Positions 36,594 through 48,806 of a stretch of DNA of 64,000 nt are shown piece after piece. The position numbers and the translations under genes are program-made. The DNA is taken from positions 4,374,436 through 4,438,435 of the forward strand of contig CAJFCJ010000005.1 of assembly GCA_904063045.1 (NCBI GenBank), written 5' to 3'. The stretch is from Dimorphilus gyrociliatus (lineage: Eukaryota > Animalia > Annelida). Numbering within the stretch: position 1 is the stretch's first letter; each line of letters starts with the position of its first letter. Below the pieces are notes generated by a model. That model was not told where the DNA came from, did not search any database, and worked only from the letters and a program-made list of their open reading frames with translations.

Positions 36594-38583
36594 GCTGTTC
36601 AATCCTTCCTTCTTTTCTTTCGTATTGCCTCTCTTTCTCTAGTTTTCCTCACTTTTGTTTCTTTTCTATCTCTCGTCAATTTTTTTCACCCAAAGCTAGT
36701 CCTCTTTGAAAGAGCATTAGGCATAGAGAAAGCATTATGTAGTATTCTAAATTACACATAGAAATACATATGGCAACAAACTCTGAGTATAAAAATCAAT
36801 CAATCAGAAAATACTGATAATAATTGCTAAGTCAGCTGTTTGTACTCAAGAAAAGTACACGACATTCTTAAAAGAAAATTGGCAAATATTTAGCTTAGGT
36901 TAGCATAAAAATTTGATTTATTTGGAATTTGAATACGAATACGAAACTAATTGAAATGACTTTGTTTATAATTCTGAAAGAATGAATTAATTGGACGGTA
37001 AAATAGAAATTGGAATGTTTAGTTTTTTAAAAGTTCGTTTCTTAATTAAAATTGTATCTTTAATAAATGAAAGAAATTACAATTTTTCATAAAAATTATC
37101 TCTTAATTTCAACATTTCAACACGAAAATGATTAGGTAGCGATTATACTGTAGATACTGTATGGATGTAATAATATATGTATATATATATATATATCCAC
37201 GCTTGATAAGATCTAATACAAAAAAAATACCTTAAATAGTACACAAGGTAAATGTTTCTGTCAAGATAGCTTGTCCTTGACACAACTATTTTTATTTAGT
37301 ACAATGAAATATCAATGGAGACTATTCGACAAGGTTAAATCTAAAATTAAGATTGAAAAGGGACTATAGAATATACCAGACTGCTATTTTGATAAGAAAT
37401 AATATTGTTATCGATTTACTTAGTCAAATAACAAACAAGTATTTCTCTTTGTTTGTTTGTTTTCAAATTTACTAATACGTTTTAATCGAGTTTGTCAAAC
37501 CCTATTATCGTATTATAGCTGAAATATGCAACAAAAGCACTTTCTATATTAATACATATTTCGTCAAGATATTTTGTGTATTTTTGAAAAAATAGTGCTA
37601 GAGAGATAATAGTCGTTATATCATCATGCTACCATGACAATAACTCGGCCTATAAATAACAAAATACTGACAGGAGCGTGAATTTTAAGATGGAATTATC
37701 TACTGAGAAACAGATTATGATTTAGATAGGATTCTTCTTAAATTAATAGAACTTCATTAAATTTCACATTCCTCACATTATATATACTATATATCCGTTA
37801 CATACTGCCGTCGTATGTCTTAGCTACCTGCTCCTCTACCTCTTTAATTCTTTAAATGACTACTCGATTTTTCAATTAATCAGCCGCTATTATGAATACA
37901 GTCTTTCCAAAGTCTTTTAAATATGCTTTACACCACCTTTGGATAAGGATTAATCGTTAAGTAAGCAGCGTCCGTGTAATCTGTCTACTGATATTACTTT
38001 GACAAACTCGGAAAAATTGCTTCGAGCAGAGGATTATTTCGTCTCATTTTCAAACAACTCCAATACCCAATTTCTTCCGACAACCTCTCATTAAATCCTC
38101 CTTAAATCCAAGGCTTTGTAGACGGTTTCGTTCTATCCGTCAAAGAGTAGAAAAGTGTCCATCTTGTTAAAACTAACGAAATCTATTGGATTTATGATAT
38201 TTCTATCGTAAAATTAAGCTTTAGATCATCTAGTATAAGAAATAGAGACGTCTGAACGTCTTTTTTTGATATATAGACAAAAAACAAAACTTGCTTTGAA
38301 ATATGCAAATATAAAGAAGAAAGTAGGCCTATAAAAGTACAATTTCCTCCACACACCACTTCGAATTGATAATAAAAATAAGACTACCACTGAAATCTTA
38401 GTTGCAATAAAAATGAAATTTTAATAAAAATGGAATTTTTATTAAAATATACTTGAATGAATTATCTTTCTTTAATTAGAGAAAAAAGCGTGATTCTCTT
38501 CTTCTTCTTCTTCTTCTTCTTCTTCTGAACAGTGCTCTCTCTCTCATCCTACTTATCCGATGGGAAAAGAGGAAAAATACTCA

Positions 38584-41500
38584 ATGTCTAATAATTTAAT
38601 GTTAATAATTTTATGGACGTTTAACAAAGTTACTTTTGTTTCATCATTAAAACAATTCAATATGTCGTTATTAACGGAAACAGATGTAGAATCTCTGATA
38701 ATCTTTTAATAAAACTATCCATTAATCAATCAGTTAATCAATCAATTAGGGTTAATCCTAACCCTAGTTACTGTATGTTATTAAGCGAGATAAAATGAGA
38801 TAAACATAGATTCTTTATCATTGTTTTCCATACAAGACTTATCAACAAGGAATTCTTCAATATCTAAACAAGGTTGAGAGAGGGTTTTATCCAATTGTAT
38901 ATCATATATGCTCTTTGGAAAGGATTGAAAATTATTGCGAAATGTTGAATTTTGACAATTTCTACGCCGAACTATACCCATGCAAATATTCTGTCAGTAA
39001 GTAGAACGATCTATATGACGTCATTGTTTCTTATTGAAAGAAAAACATGTATAAAACAATATACAATGTAAAATAAATACAAACAAACAAACCAATACAC
39101 AGATCAATGGTATGAGAAAGTTGATGATGCTTTTATGTAAGTGTAGTAATATGTATTTGTATTTAGTAAATACGTTCATATACCAAACAATCTCATCTTG
39201 TTGTTTGTTAGTTTTAGAGAGTCTACCGACAAAGTGAAACTACGTTTAGCCTGTTTGAAATGCTTTAAATTTACAACAGGTATGGTTTGTCCAAATACGG
39301 ACAAAATACAATTTATTGAATATTCATAACATTTCAGTGCCTTTTGGCCTTTATATAAGAAATAATGAATACTTAATATGTCTTCGAGAAAATAGACAAA
39401 ATTACTTTTATAATTCTGAAGAAACAATATGCAATAGAGTAGAATTCATCTATCCAAAAGAGCAATCATTGCGTGTTATTTCAAAGAACAACACCAACAA
39501 TGAAAGATTTCATTTCTGTCGGATTGAAACGTTCAAAAGTACAATTCAAATCTTTCTTTAAAATATTCAATTTTGTTAATAATTCTATTGGTGAATTTCA
39601 GATTTACCTGTTGATAACTTTTATATCATTAAGATTAGCTCACAAAAACATCATACATTCTCTTATAGTAAACAACCTGTAAGACATTTACCCATCATTA
39701 ACGAACAAGAAGAATGGAATCTTCCAAATAGAGTGTGTCAACAGGTGGACAAGAATACAAGACCAGACTATAACAATCTTATTTTACAAGCCACTGCAGC
39801 AACAGATGTTGAAACTAAATTCATACTTTTCTTTATTCTCTTCTTCTTCTTTTTTTTTCTTTCATTTTTTACAGATAAACTATTGCACAGATGATTTTCT
39901 TATTCATAATCAACCGTTAAAAGTTTGTCTAAAATTCCTCTTCTAAGGAATAACTGGGCGTAATATCCTTTACAGGTTCTCCTTGTTCATTGTCCAATCT
40001 TACTGGCCAATTTCACATTTGAATGTATGATAAGAAATCCGTATAGAAAGGATAAAAAATTCTATAGCATGCATTTAAGATGTAGCAAGCCGGAAACAGA
40101 TGATGAAGGTTCGTATTATAGAAATAGATGTAATTATAATTTTCTTTCTATTACGTAATACTACTAATACAAAGGTAATTAGCCAATAGACATCTATTTC
40201 GACTGAATAATGGTAATAGAAAGTTTCTGTTCAACGATAATATGACAGGAAAGAGTGAAATTTGGGGAAATCTTGAAACTTTTGTGAATAATAAAGAATG
40301 GATAAAATTCCATATCTATTCATTTAGATACAAAGAGATAAGATTAACTTGTAATTATTTCGGATTCAAATCTGGTCTTTTAGCAATTAAGCCTAAAAGA
40401 TTTTTTAAGAATAACTTTCGTAAATTTCTTAAATGCGAACGAAATCATACGCAACTCTCTGATTGTTTGATGGATAATAGGAATAGAATGATTAACAGGT
40501 AAATTAAGAAGGAAAGATCTACGAACTACGTTCAGCTATATCCTTTCAATTTCTTTCTTTATAACAAATAGTAACCCTAGAAAAAGATTTTTAAACATTT
40601 TGGATAAGAGTCTTATCATTAAATGTAATAACGATGAATTCGAAGGTAATACGTGTAATCGTCCTTTTCAAACTTTACGTTTATGTTTTTCATTGAACAA
40701 AGAGCAGCCTGTTCATACGAAGACGCTTATAATATACTCGGTGTATGTTATAAAAAGTTCAAAAGTAGAAAACCTAGTTCTCCACTAGTTGCTAAGAGAG
40801 AATGCGAAAAAAAAAATATGACATCGCTAGACGACGTATACGATTTTAAAAGTCAAATTATTGAAATTCTTAGAGCTCTCTCCATGGAACCAAGTATAAT
40901 ATATCAGTTCGTTGTAGGTATGTTATCCTTTTTAGCTATGTAACTTCTTACAAGCCTACCTAGTCACGTGTTTAAATGTCTATTATTCCTTCTTTCAAGC
41001 GCTTACGAAGGATAAAAGAACCAATAAAATACTATCTCCTCTAAGACGACCTCTAGAATTTATACCACCGGACTTTATTCCCAGAGTTAGAAGAGTTTCT
41101 TTTCAATTATTCCTACTAGTATCAATAATATCTCTACTATTCTCTCTCTCTCTCTCCCTTCGTTAGGAAGAACTTGCCAAAATGATCTCGAACAGAAAGC
41201 CGAAAGCATTAATGACAGATTTTTCTATTGTTCTGAAATATTTTAAAGAAGAGGATATGTGTTTGGAATTCTATAATGGTACAAATCCTTACCGCTTTCA
41301 TAGCCTTACTTATCGAACCTATAGATCTTATAGAAGAAGATGTCAAGTTTTTACCTCGATTATATATTTTTGTCAGATGATTCCAAGTTTGGCTATTCTG
41401 TATAAAAAACATACAGCTAGAAATACATTCATACTCTCAAAAACAGGGGAAAAATACCTATTGTCTTTAAATTGGTCCTGGAGCGACGAGCTAGCAACTA

Positions 41501-44500
41501 GGAAGTATTCAAATTGTGGAAAGAATCCCTTAAGTTGTACTCCGCAGAGTATAAAACAATAGAGTTCTCTTTCAATTCGTATTGAATGAATATCTTTCAT
41601 TTTTCTAAATAGATTTCTTATTTAAATATACAAACAATTTTACAAAGTTCTTCGAATGCCCAAAAACAACTTTCATCTGTGCGAAACAACGCTTTTGTAT
41701 TAATAGCTTATACGTTTGCGACGGAATTTACGATTGTTCAGATGCTTCAGACGAAATCAACTGTTCATATCATTATTTCTATTGCGATATCGATGGTAGA
41801 ATACCGATACAGTTTGTTTGCAATTTTGTCTTTGATTGCGATGATAGGTCGGATGAAAAACACTGTGGTTTGTTAAATATATACACAAAGCTTGTAGAAG
41901 GGATGAGATGAAACGTTCCTACGAGGACAGATATTAGTGCAGGGACTCGAAATATCTATAAAAAACCAACTGTTGGATTTAGGGTTAGGGTTAGGGTAAC
42001 GTTTTATCCAGCATCCTTTATCGTATATTAATATGCATATATTTATTCATATACAAAATACTTTGATTTCAGTTGTCTATGGCGAAAGAATCGACCAAAC
42101 TTTGTAAGGAGACGTATTCAGTTGGAAATAAGAGAACTCGTACTCGTTTTTAATTTATCTAACTATGCCGAAGAGTTGGAGTTCTCTTGTTCAGATCCAG
42201 CCGACCTTTTAAATAATTTTTTAACAATTCTCATCTACAGTTTAAGATATGGGTACGAAGAATGCCCACAAAAAGGTTTCGTACATTCAAAACAGCATAA
42301 ACAATATATAAACCAGCATTTGAGCTGTAACAATGAAAGAAATTGTTTGGTAGAAAATGAGGAAGAGTATTGCGGACAGTTGAAAAGTTTGTTGAATGAA
42401 ACGTCATTTTATCTAGTTTTTAACAAAATTAATTCAATGTCACTTCCTTAGCCTGTAATATAACTTATCAATATCTATGTAGAGACAATTGTTTACCAAT
42501 TGAAAAGAAATGCGACTATTTCGCTGATTGTCCAGGCACAGAGGAAGAAAATTCAAAATCCTGCCAAACTGATGGTTATTCTTTTATTCTTTCTTTCTCT
42601 TTTAATATTATTCAAATAGGTTTTAGGCAATTCTTTAAAGATGCATTTTTCATCCAAAAATTCAATAAGACTTCGATGATAAAATCATATTGCTTTCTAT
42701 CAAAGAAAGAAAGAGTTTATCGTTGTCGCTTCAACAGGAGCTGGACAGAACAGTTAGCTCATTCAATTTTTGACGATAATGTCAAGTTCAATGATTTCTA
42801 CGTGTTTTTAGATTGCAGAGAATTACTGGAAGATTCATTAAATTTGCCAAACAACTCTTGTAAAGTTAACTAAAATCTCTCTTTCAGAATAAAGACGTTA
42901 TCTTTATATTGAACCTATACAGACGCGTTGATAGATCACTCGTCATGGCTAGTGAGAAGGATTTACATCTCAATTTCGACATTTATCATCAATTCTACAC
43001 TGCAATATTGCGGTAGAAGAGAGATATTTTTTCTATAAAATGGTTATTAATCTTTAGTAATCGTTAATTATATTAAAACAGGGAAGGTAGACACATTTCG
43101 AGATTTTTCTATCCTACAAAGTGCCGCCTCTTTTACGATTCAAATGGGAATATGAGAAATAGATTATTCTTTCCTTTCTACGATCTATCCTATTGCGATG
43201 AATTCGAATGTCACGTTGGCGAATATCAATGTAAATTTCATAAGTATTGTATATCAGTTGAACAGATATGCGATGGAATAAATCATTGTTGGTATGGAGA
43301 CGATGAAATTAATTGCGGTATACTGGATGATAATAAAAGAGTTTATCCCCAAAATCTTGAATCTAATATAATATACTGTATTCCTCATTTATAGAAAACT
43401 TTCAACCTCCTGGATTTTTCTTATGTCGGAATAATTCAAAAGCAATTCCTACAACAAGAGTTTGCGACAAATATGTGGATTGTCCGAACGGAAGTGATGA
43501 ACTCTTTTGCTTTAATAATATAGAATGCAACAAAGAATGTACTTGTCTGCTCGACTACGAAATGATCTGTATAAGGGAAAGGCAACAATCGATATTTGAC
43601 CTTGACTGGATTAGAATTCATCATTGGTTTAGAATAGTTAAGATTTTCAATCATCAACTATTTTTCAAGCAAGCGAGATCTAGTATTATCGTTCATTTAA
43701 CACTTGAAAATTGTGGTCTAAATAACTTTGAAAAGTTCTTCTACACACCAAATGTGGTTCATCTTCATCTTTACAAAAATGATTTTACATCCTTGAAATC
43801 TTTGGGCAGGAAGAGTCTGCTGCAAACTTTAAACATATCCGGAAATCCGTTAAATCATACCGATTTAGCATTTGGTAATCTAACTAGACTAATCTCTTTA
43901 GATATATCTTATTCAATGATTAGCCAATTGAGAAGAGATCTCTTTCAAAATCTACGAAATCTAAAATATCTATTTATAGCTCATTGTAAATTACATCTAA
44001 TTGAAGATAATCCATTGAAATCATTAGAATTCCTTAATGAATTACACTTGAATAATACAGATTTTCCAGTTCTTTCTCATCTCACAGATTTGAACAATCT
44101 AAAGAATATTAGGAAAATCTTTTCTAAATATTACATGTTTTGTTGCAAAAGTCTCTTCTATAGGCCTAATTTGATATGTCGACCAAACTATTCGGTATTT
44201 TTAACATGCTATAACATCTTCTTAAGGAATTCTTCTATAGCTTGTTTCTTTATCTTTGGACTCTGTGGAATATTTGGAAATATTTTACTTATAATCTTTA
44301 AAATTTTGATGTATTCAAGATCATCCCATCTATTCTCATTATCGCTCACAGTCGGTTATCTAACAAAATCCTTATATATATTGATAATACTATTTTATAA
44401 TTTGAAATTTCAATCTAAATATTTCGAATACGATGAAAAATGGAGGAAAAGTTTATTTTGCAAAAGTTTAGGTAGCATGCTAACATTTTCATTATCATTT

Positions 44501-45363
44501 TGTACTGGAATGCTACTTTTAATTAGTTTGGATCATTTTTTCGCCATATATTTCCCATTTAAGAAATACTTTAATAAATTTGTAGTTCTTGCAGCAATTT
44601 TTGCAGTTTCTCTCGTATCCTTTCTATTTCCGTTGTTTGGTCTATTATTAAATGAGGTATACAGTATAAACGGGGGAGGGCAGTGGGAGAAACAAACAAC
44701 CCTTATTAGGGTACAGGGGTTTTTGAATGTTTGTCGCCTCCCTCTATCCAAATTGTATAATTGTAAACTGAGACATTTGAAATATTGAACTTAAACTTGT
44801 TTATTGCTTTTCTCTGTAGGACTACTTTTCAGATTCACCTCTTTGTTTCAAATTCTTTGTTAGAAACGATAAAAGGGCGAATGGTTGGCAGTTGATTTTC
44901 TTTAATTATACCATCTATTTCTTTCTATTAAACCTTTTAATATGCTTTTTTTATTTCCTTATTTGGAGAGAGTTGTATATTCATAAAAAAGGAATTAAGA
45001 AAGATATGAACATGTCGATTAAAATGAGTTTGTCACTTCGTATCTTTGCTACTTCTTTCGTTAATTTTCTCCATTGTATACTCTATTCATTCATAGGTGA
45101 ACGATGGAATATTTCTACGCAAAAAGACTAATTAATTACCATTTTTAGGAATAAAAGCAGCTTTTTTTAAACTCGAATTAAACTACAAACAAGAACTCAT
45201 CTCCCTCGGATTATCATTGTTTCTACATTTAGTTCTTAATCCTATAGTACTTTCGTACGGCGAATGGAGAGATTACGTTTCATTTAGAAGAGTGGCGTTG
45301 AATAGACGAAGGGAAATTTTTAAAAATAAAATCATTCAAGAAGAAGCTGAAAAATGTAGATAA
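38584..45363 (+). CDS. Multi-domain LDLa-LRR GPCR, receptor A (GRL101/RXFP-like) with SRCR-like and C-type-lectin-like N-terminal modules
   Basis: SRCR-like at ~40242 (WGNLETFVNNKEW...TCNYFGF...CERNHTQLSDC); CTL-like at ~40700 (GVCYKKF...AKRECEKK); five LDLa repeats (~41650-41867 x2, ~42450-42570, ~43195-43318, ~43393-43510, e.g. CISVEQICDGINHCWYGDDEINC); LRRs and TM1-4 to 44656; TM5-6 at 44820-45097; TM7 exon from ~45149 to TAA 45361-45363. The start codon and several 5' exon boundaries are tentative. Confidence 0.8.
38747..38766. repeat. Mini telomere-like inverted repeat TAGGGTTA-atcc-TAACCCTA
   Basis: 8-bp perfect stem read directly. Confidence 0.55.
41979..41996 (+). repeat. (TTAGGG)x3 interstitial telomere-like repeat in an intron of receptor A
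   Basis: Read directly. Confidence 0.8.
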
Positions 45364-46004
45364 AATTTTCAAATGGGTTCTTTGATCTTTAAGAATTTTG
45401 CAGTCGGACAAAAAACATTTTTCATTATTACAGATTTGCAGTTTACTGTGAAACAAATTGAATTCAATATTTGGCCATTTAAAATAGAAACAACTTCCAA
45501 TAGCATCATTTTAAATGAAGAATTCTTTATGAATTTCACTTATTATAAATGTATTGAATGCATTCTTATTGCATTGAAATTCTCTCATCAGAATAACTTT
45601 TCTCCTAATGGAAAAATACAAATAGAGCATATACATGTTCAAGTTTGTACACATAACTAATCCACTATGATTATGAAATGGAGTGAAATTCATCTTTTTA
45701 CAGGATGGAAAATTCTATCTATCATCGACGAATTACGTTTTAAAGAATGATATAAAGGAAAAAGATGATATTCTCTCTTTTGGATTATTAGTTCGAAAAT
45801 TCCTTCAACAGAAATTCTTGTTAACAACAAATTGAATTGATTTATGAATAGATAATCTCTATGATTCTATTAAAATAGCTTTCTTTTCTTTAAATGACCT
45901 TATTAATGTTCTAGTTTAGTAAAAGTTGAATGACATTTTGTAAGTAAAGTACAAAACTTCAATAGGCTTTACAGCCTATTAAATTGAACGGGGCGAAGCG
46001 TCGG

Positions 46005-46047
46005 TCAATTCGTTCAATTCGTTCAATTCGTTCAATTCGTTCAATTC
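46005..46047. repeat. (TTCAATTCG)x~5 tandem repeat upstream of the LRR gene
   Basis: Read directly; ends about 115 nt before ATG 46162. Confidence 0.9.
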
Positions 46048-46161
46048 TCTAAAATAGCAGTCTATTGAAATATCTCGTTTTGTCTTTTTTGTAAAATACA
46101 ACTTTTACCAGTTTTTTTACTTATACTACCTTTATTATCGTTAACATTTATTATTAGAATT

Positions 46162-47925
46162 ATGGCTATTATTTCGTTGAAAGTTTTATCATTGGAGACG
46201 ATTTTAGAAAATTTAAAACTGTTGGCTATTCAGTGTTTAAGTAATTGTATTCTCTTACCAGTTCAAATAAGTAATGAAATATTTGAATACATTCATTCAA
46301 GAGGAGTTATATTAGGAGGAGAAGAAGTTGTCTTCTTCTCTTCAAAAGTTTCTTCTCTTACGAGTATTAAACTCGTCGAAGGGCAATTAATTAATATTCA
46401 AAATTATGATTTTCTAAAGAATCATCAAATTGAAAGTGTAATTTATGATTTTTCGGATATAAAAGATTTTATATTCCTCATTGATCCTATTTGTTTGAAA
46501 AGTTTATGGATAAAAAATGGATTAAAAAGTGAAAATTCAATCAAATCTGCAGTTAATTTCATTAAAAAATGTGAAAATCTACAATCGCTCAATCTTAATT
46601 GTTACGATGATGGAATTCTAATTAAGAATCTATTCATGGAGACAAAATTCTCCGATTATTCTTTAAAAACGCTTTGTTTACATAGCCAAACAACGGAATT
46701 GTACGAATTGTACAACGATAATCTTCGAGAAATGTTGGAAAATTGTCAAAACTTGAGTGAAATACAAATAAATTACAATGTTTGGAAGCAAATAGAGACA
46801 ATTTGTCAAGGTTTACAAACTTCCTACAGCACTTTATCGTCGATTGATATCGAATTCAATTCGTTTACTAATCGGCAGATAATCGCTTTGGCGAATTTAC
46901 TTGATAATTGTAGACAATTAAAGGTATTTAGATTCAATTATCAAACGAATAAGAACGGCGAAAATACGACGACGAAGAATGATGATATTCTGGAAATTGA
47001 TAGAATTCTTAACGGTCTTGCGAATTCGTGCGAAAATCTTCAAGAAATCAGCTTAATCATTAACGATTATACATTCAAGGAAAACGATAGAAATTTAATC
47101 AATTTGTTGAATAATTGCAGAAATTTGCAAACAATTCAACTATCATTCAAAGATGTAGACATTTATAGTAATTTGGGCAAAATGGCGCCATTTTCTAAAT
47201 TGAATAAAGTCAATGTAAAATGTTCAAACGGCGAAGAATTAAAGTACGTTGGAGATTTTCTATCAGTTTGTCATCATATACAAACAATTGTAATAGATAT
47301 TAGCTTCGATGTGGGCAGATACCTTAAGGGTATTTGCAATAGTTTGACAAATTCTTGTCGTACACTTACAAACATTAATCTTTCCGGTTTATTGATGGCA
47401 AACGAACATATGCAACATTTTGCAGATTTGGTAATGAATTGCAACAGCTTGGAATCTATTGAACTTACTTTGGCCGAGATTGGAAAAGAAGCTGAAATGA
47501 TTTGGAATAGTTTAACTCCGTCTAAGAATAATCTGACTAATTTGAAACTATGCGTAGCTTTCTCCATAAATACCAATGACGCTAAATGCTTGGCTCAATT
47601 CCTTTACTGTTGCAGATGTTTACAAAAATTTGAATTACTTTGCAATAACGTTAGAGAAACTGCAATTATTGAAATTTTGAATGGTTTACTACCGTCTTGT
47701 CAAACGTTGAAATATCTTAAAATACCACTTCCGTTCGACAGAGATCACGGTTTTCATTTAGTCAATTTTGTAAGTCGATGTAAAATCCTACAAGAGTTGA
47801 ATATTCTTGGAAATAAACAATTGTTATCTCAAGCAAATAAATTTACAAATGCAATCAGAAATTCATGCCGAAAAATTACTAGAATGGAATTTTTCCTATT
47901 GGAAAGTGGACTTTTTTCAGTCTAA
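46162..47925 (+). CDS. Intronless 587-aa leucine-rich repeat protein (RNI-like) with a VHL-box-like N-terminus
   Basis: Single long ORF with repeats LxNCxxLxxIxL (LENCQNLSEIQI, LDNCRQLKVFRF, LNNCRNLQTIQL, VMNCNSLESIEL) alternating with ICxGLxxSCxxLxxIxL. The N-terminus SLKVLSLETI...LPVQISNEIF resembles the BC-box plus Cul2-box of ZYG11/ZER1. Confidence 0.85.
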   Translation: MAIISLKVLSLETILENLKLLAIQCLSNCILLPVQISNEIFEYIHSRGVILGGEEVVFFSSKVSSLTSIKLVEGQLINIQNYDFLKNHQIESVIYDFSDIKDFIFLIDPICLKSLWIKNGLKSENSIKSAVNFIKKCENLQSLNLNCYDDGILIKNLFMETKFSDYSLKTLCLHSQTTELYELYNDNLREMLENCQNLSEIQINYNVWKQIETICQGLQTSYSTLSSIDIEFNSFTNRQIIALANLLDNCRQLKVFRFNYQTNKNGENTTTKNDDILEIDRILNGLANSCENLQEISLIINDYTFKENDRNLINLLNNCRNLQTIQLSFKDVDIYSNLGKMAPFSKLNKVNVKCSNGEELKYVGDFLSVCHHIQTIVIDISFDVGRYLKGICNSLTNSCRTLTNINLSGLLMANEHMQHFADLVMNCNSLESIELTLAEIGKEAEMIWNSLTPSKNNLTNLKLCVAFSINTNDAKCLAQFLYCCRCLQKFELLCNNVRETAIIEILNGLLPSCQTLKYLKIPLPFDRDHGFHLVNFVSRCKILQELNILGNKQLLSQANKFTNAIRNSCRKITRMEFFLLESGLFSV

Positions 47926-48806
47926 TTTTACAAACAAACAAAACAATACACGGCCCTTTCTCTTTCTCTAATTGGTTTATATAGTTTTTATTAGGAGATG
48001 TTTTTTTTTTCTATTGCCAATAACAATTCTTCTTTCTTTCTCTCTTCCTATCTGTCTGTCTGTTCGAAGAAATCGTCTCATTGTCTATTTCATACAGTAA
48101 TCTAGTTTAATAGATAATAATTTTTCAACACATATCATTTATTGTTTGTTTTGTTTGCTTTTGGAATTTTGTTTTAAATATACAATACTATCTTCTATGA
48201 CAGTTTGTAATAGATTGTAATTGTTATTCATTTCATTTTTTCCTCTTCCTCCTCATCCTCCTCCTCCTCCTCGTTCTCCTTCTCTTTTAGGAATCTCTTG
48301 AAAAACAAACCAATGTGAAAAATTTCTCTCTTCTCTATCAATTCATTCAAAGCGATAAAATTGTTTGCAATTACGTAATATTCCTTTTTTCTTTTCTGTT
48401 AAAAAACGACACATTTTTCATCTTCTTCTTCTTCTCTTTCCTCGCTACGGTAAATGAAAAGATAAAGAAGAAAAAGAAAAAAGAACAACCTGAAAATGAA
48501 TGTTTCTCACATTCAAATGAAAATCAAATGCCAAATTTATTTGATGAATAAATGAATAGGCTTGTAAAATATTCCTAAAACAATTAATATATTCAAAGTT
48601 ATCTTTCAGCCTATCCATCAGCTCAATAGATCTCGGTTTCTTTATGTATTCATAATAGACAACAATATGATTAGAGTAGGCTTCCTCTATGAGTATGTTA
48701 ACTAAATATCAATAGTAAAATATATGGCTATGTTTAGTAGATAAGAAACGAATATATAGAAAATTGCGAATACAAACATAGACGGAAGCATTCTTTTCTC
48801 TTTTCG

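Noticed and set aside
19562-46047. Short tandem repeats as possible CRISPR arrays
   Set aside because: No unique spacers, no cas genes, and a spliceosomal eukaryotic context.
47926-47950. A-rich tract after the LRR stop as a retrocopy poly(A) remnant
   Set aside because: A CAAA-type run directly after the stop, common in this genome; no target-site duplication seen.
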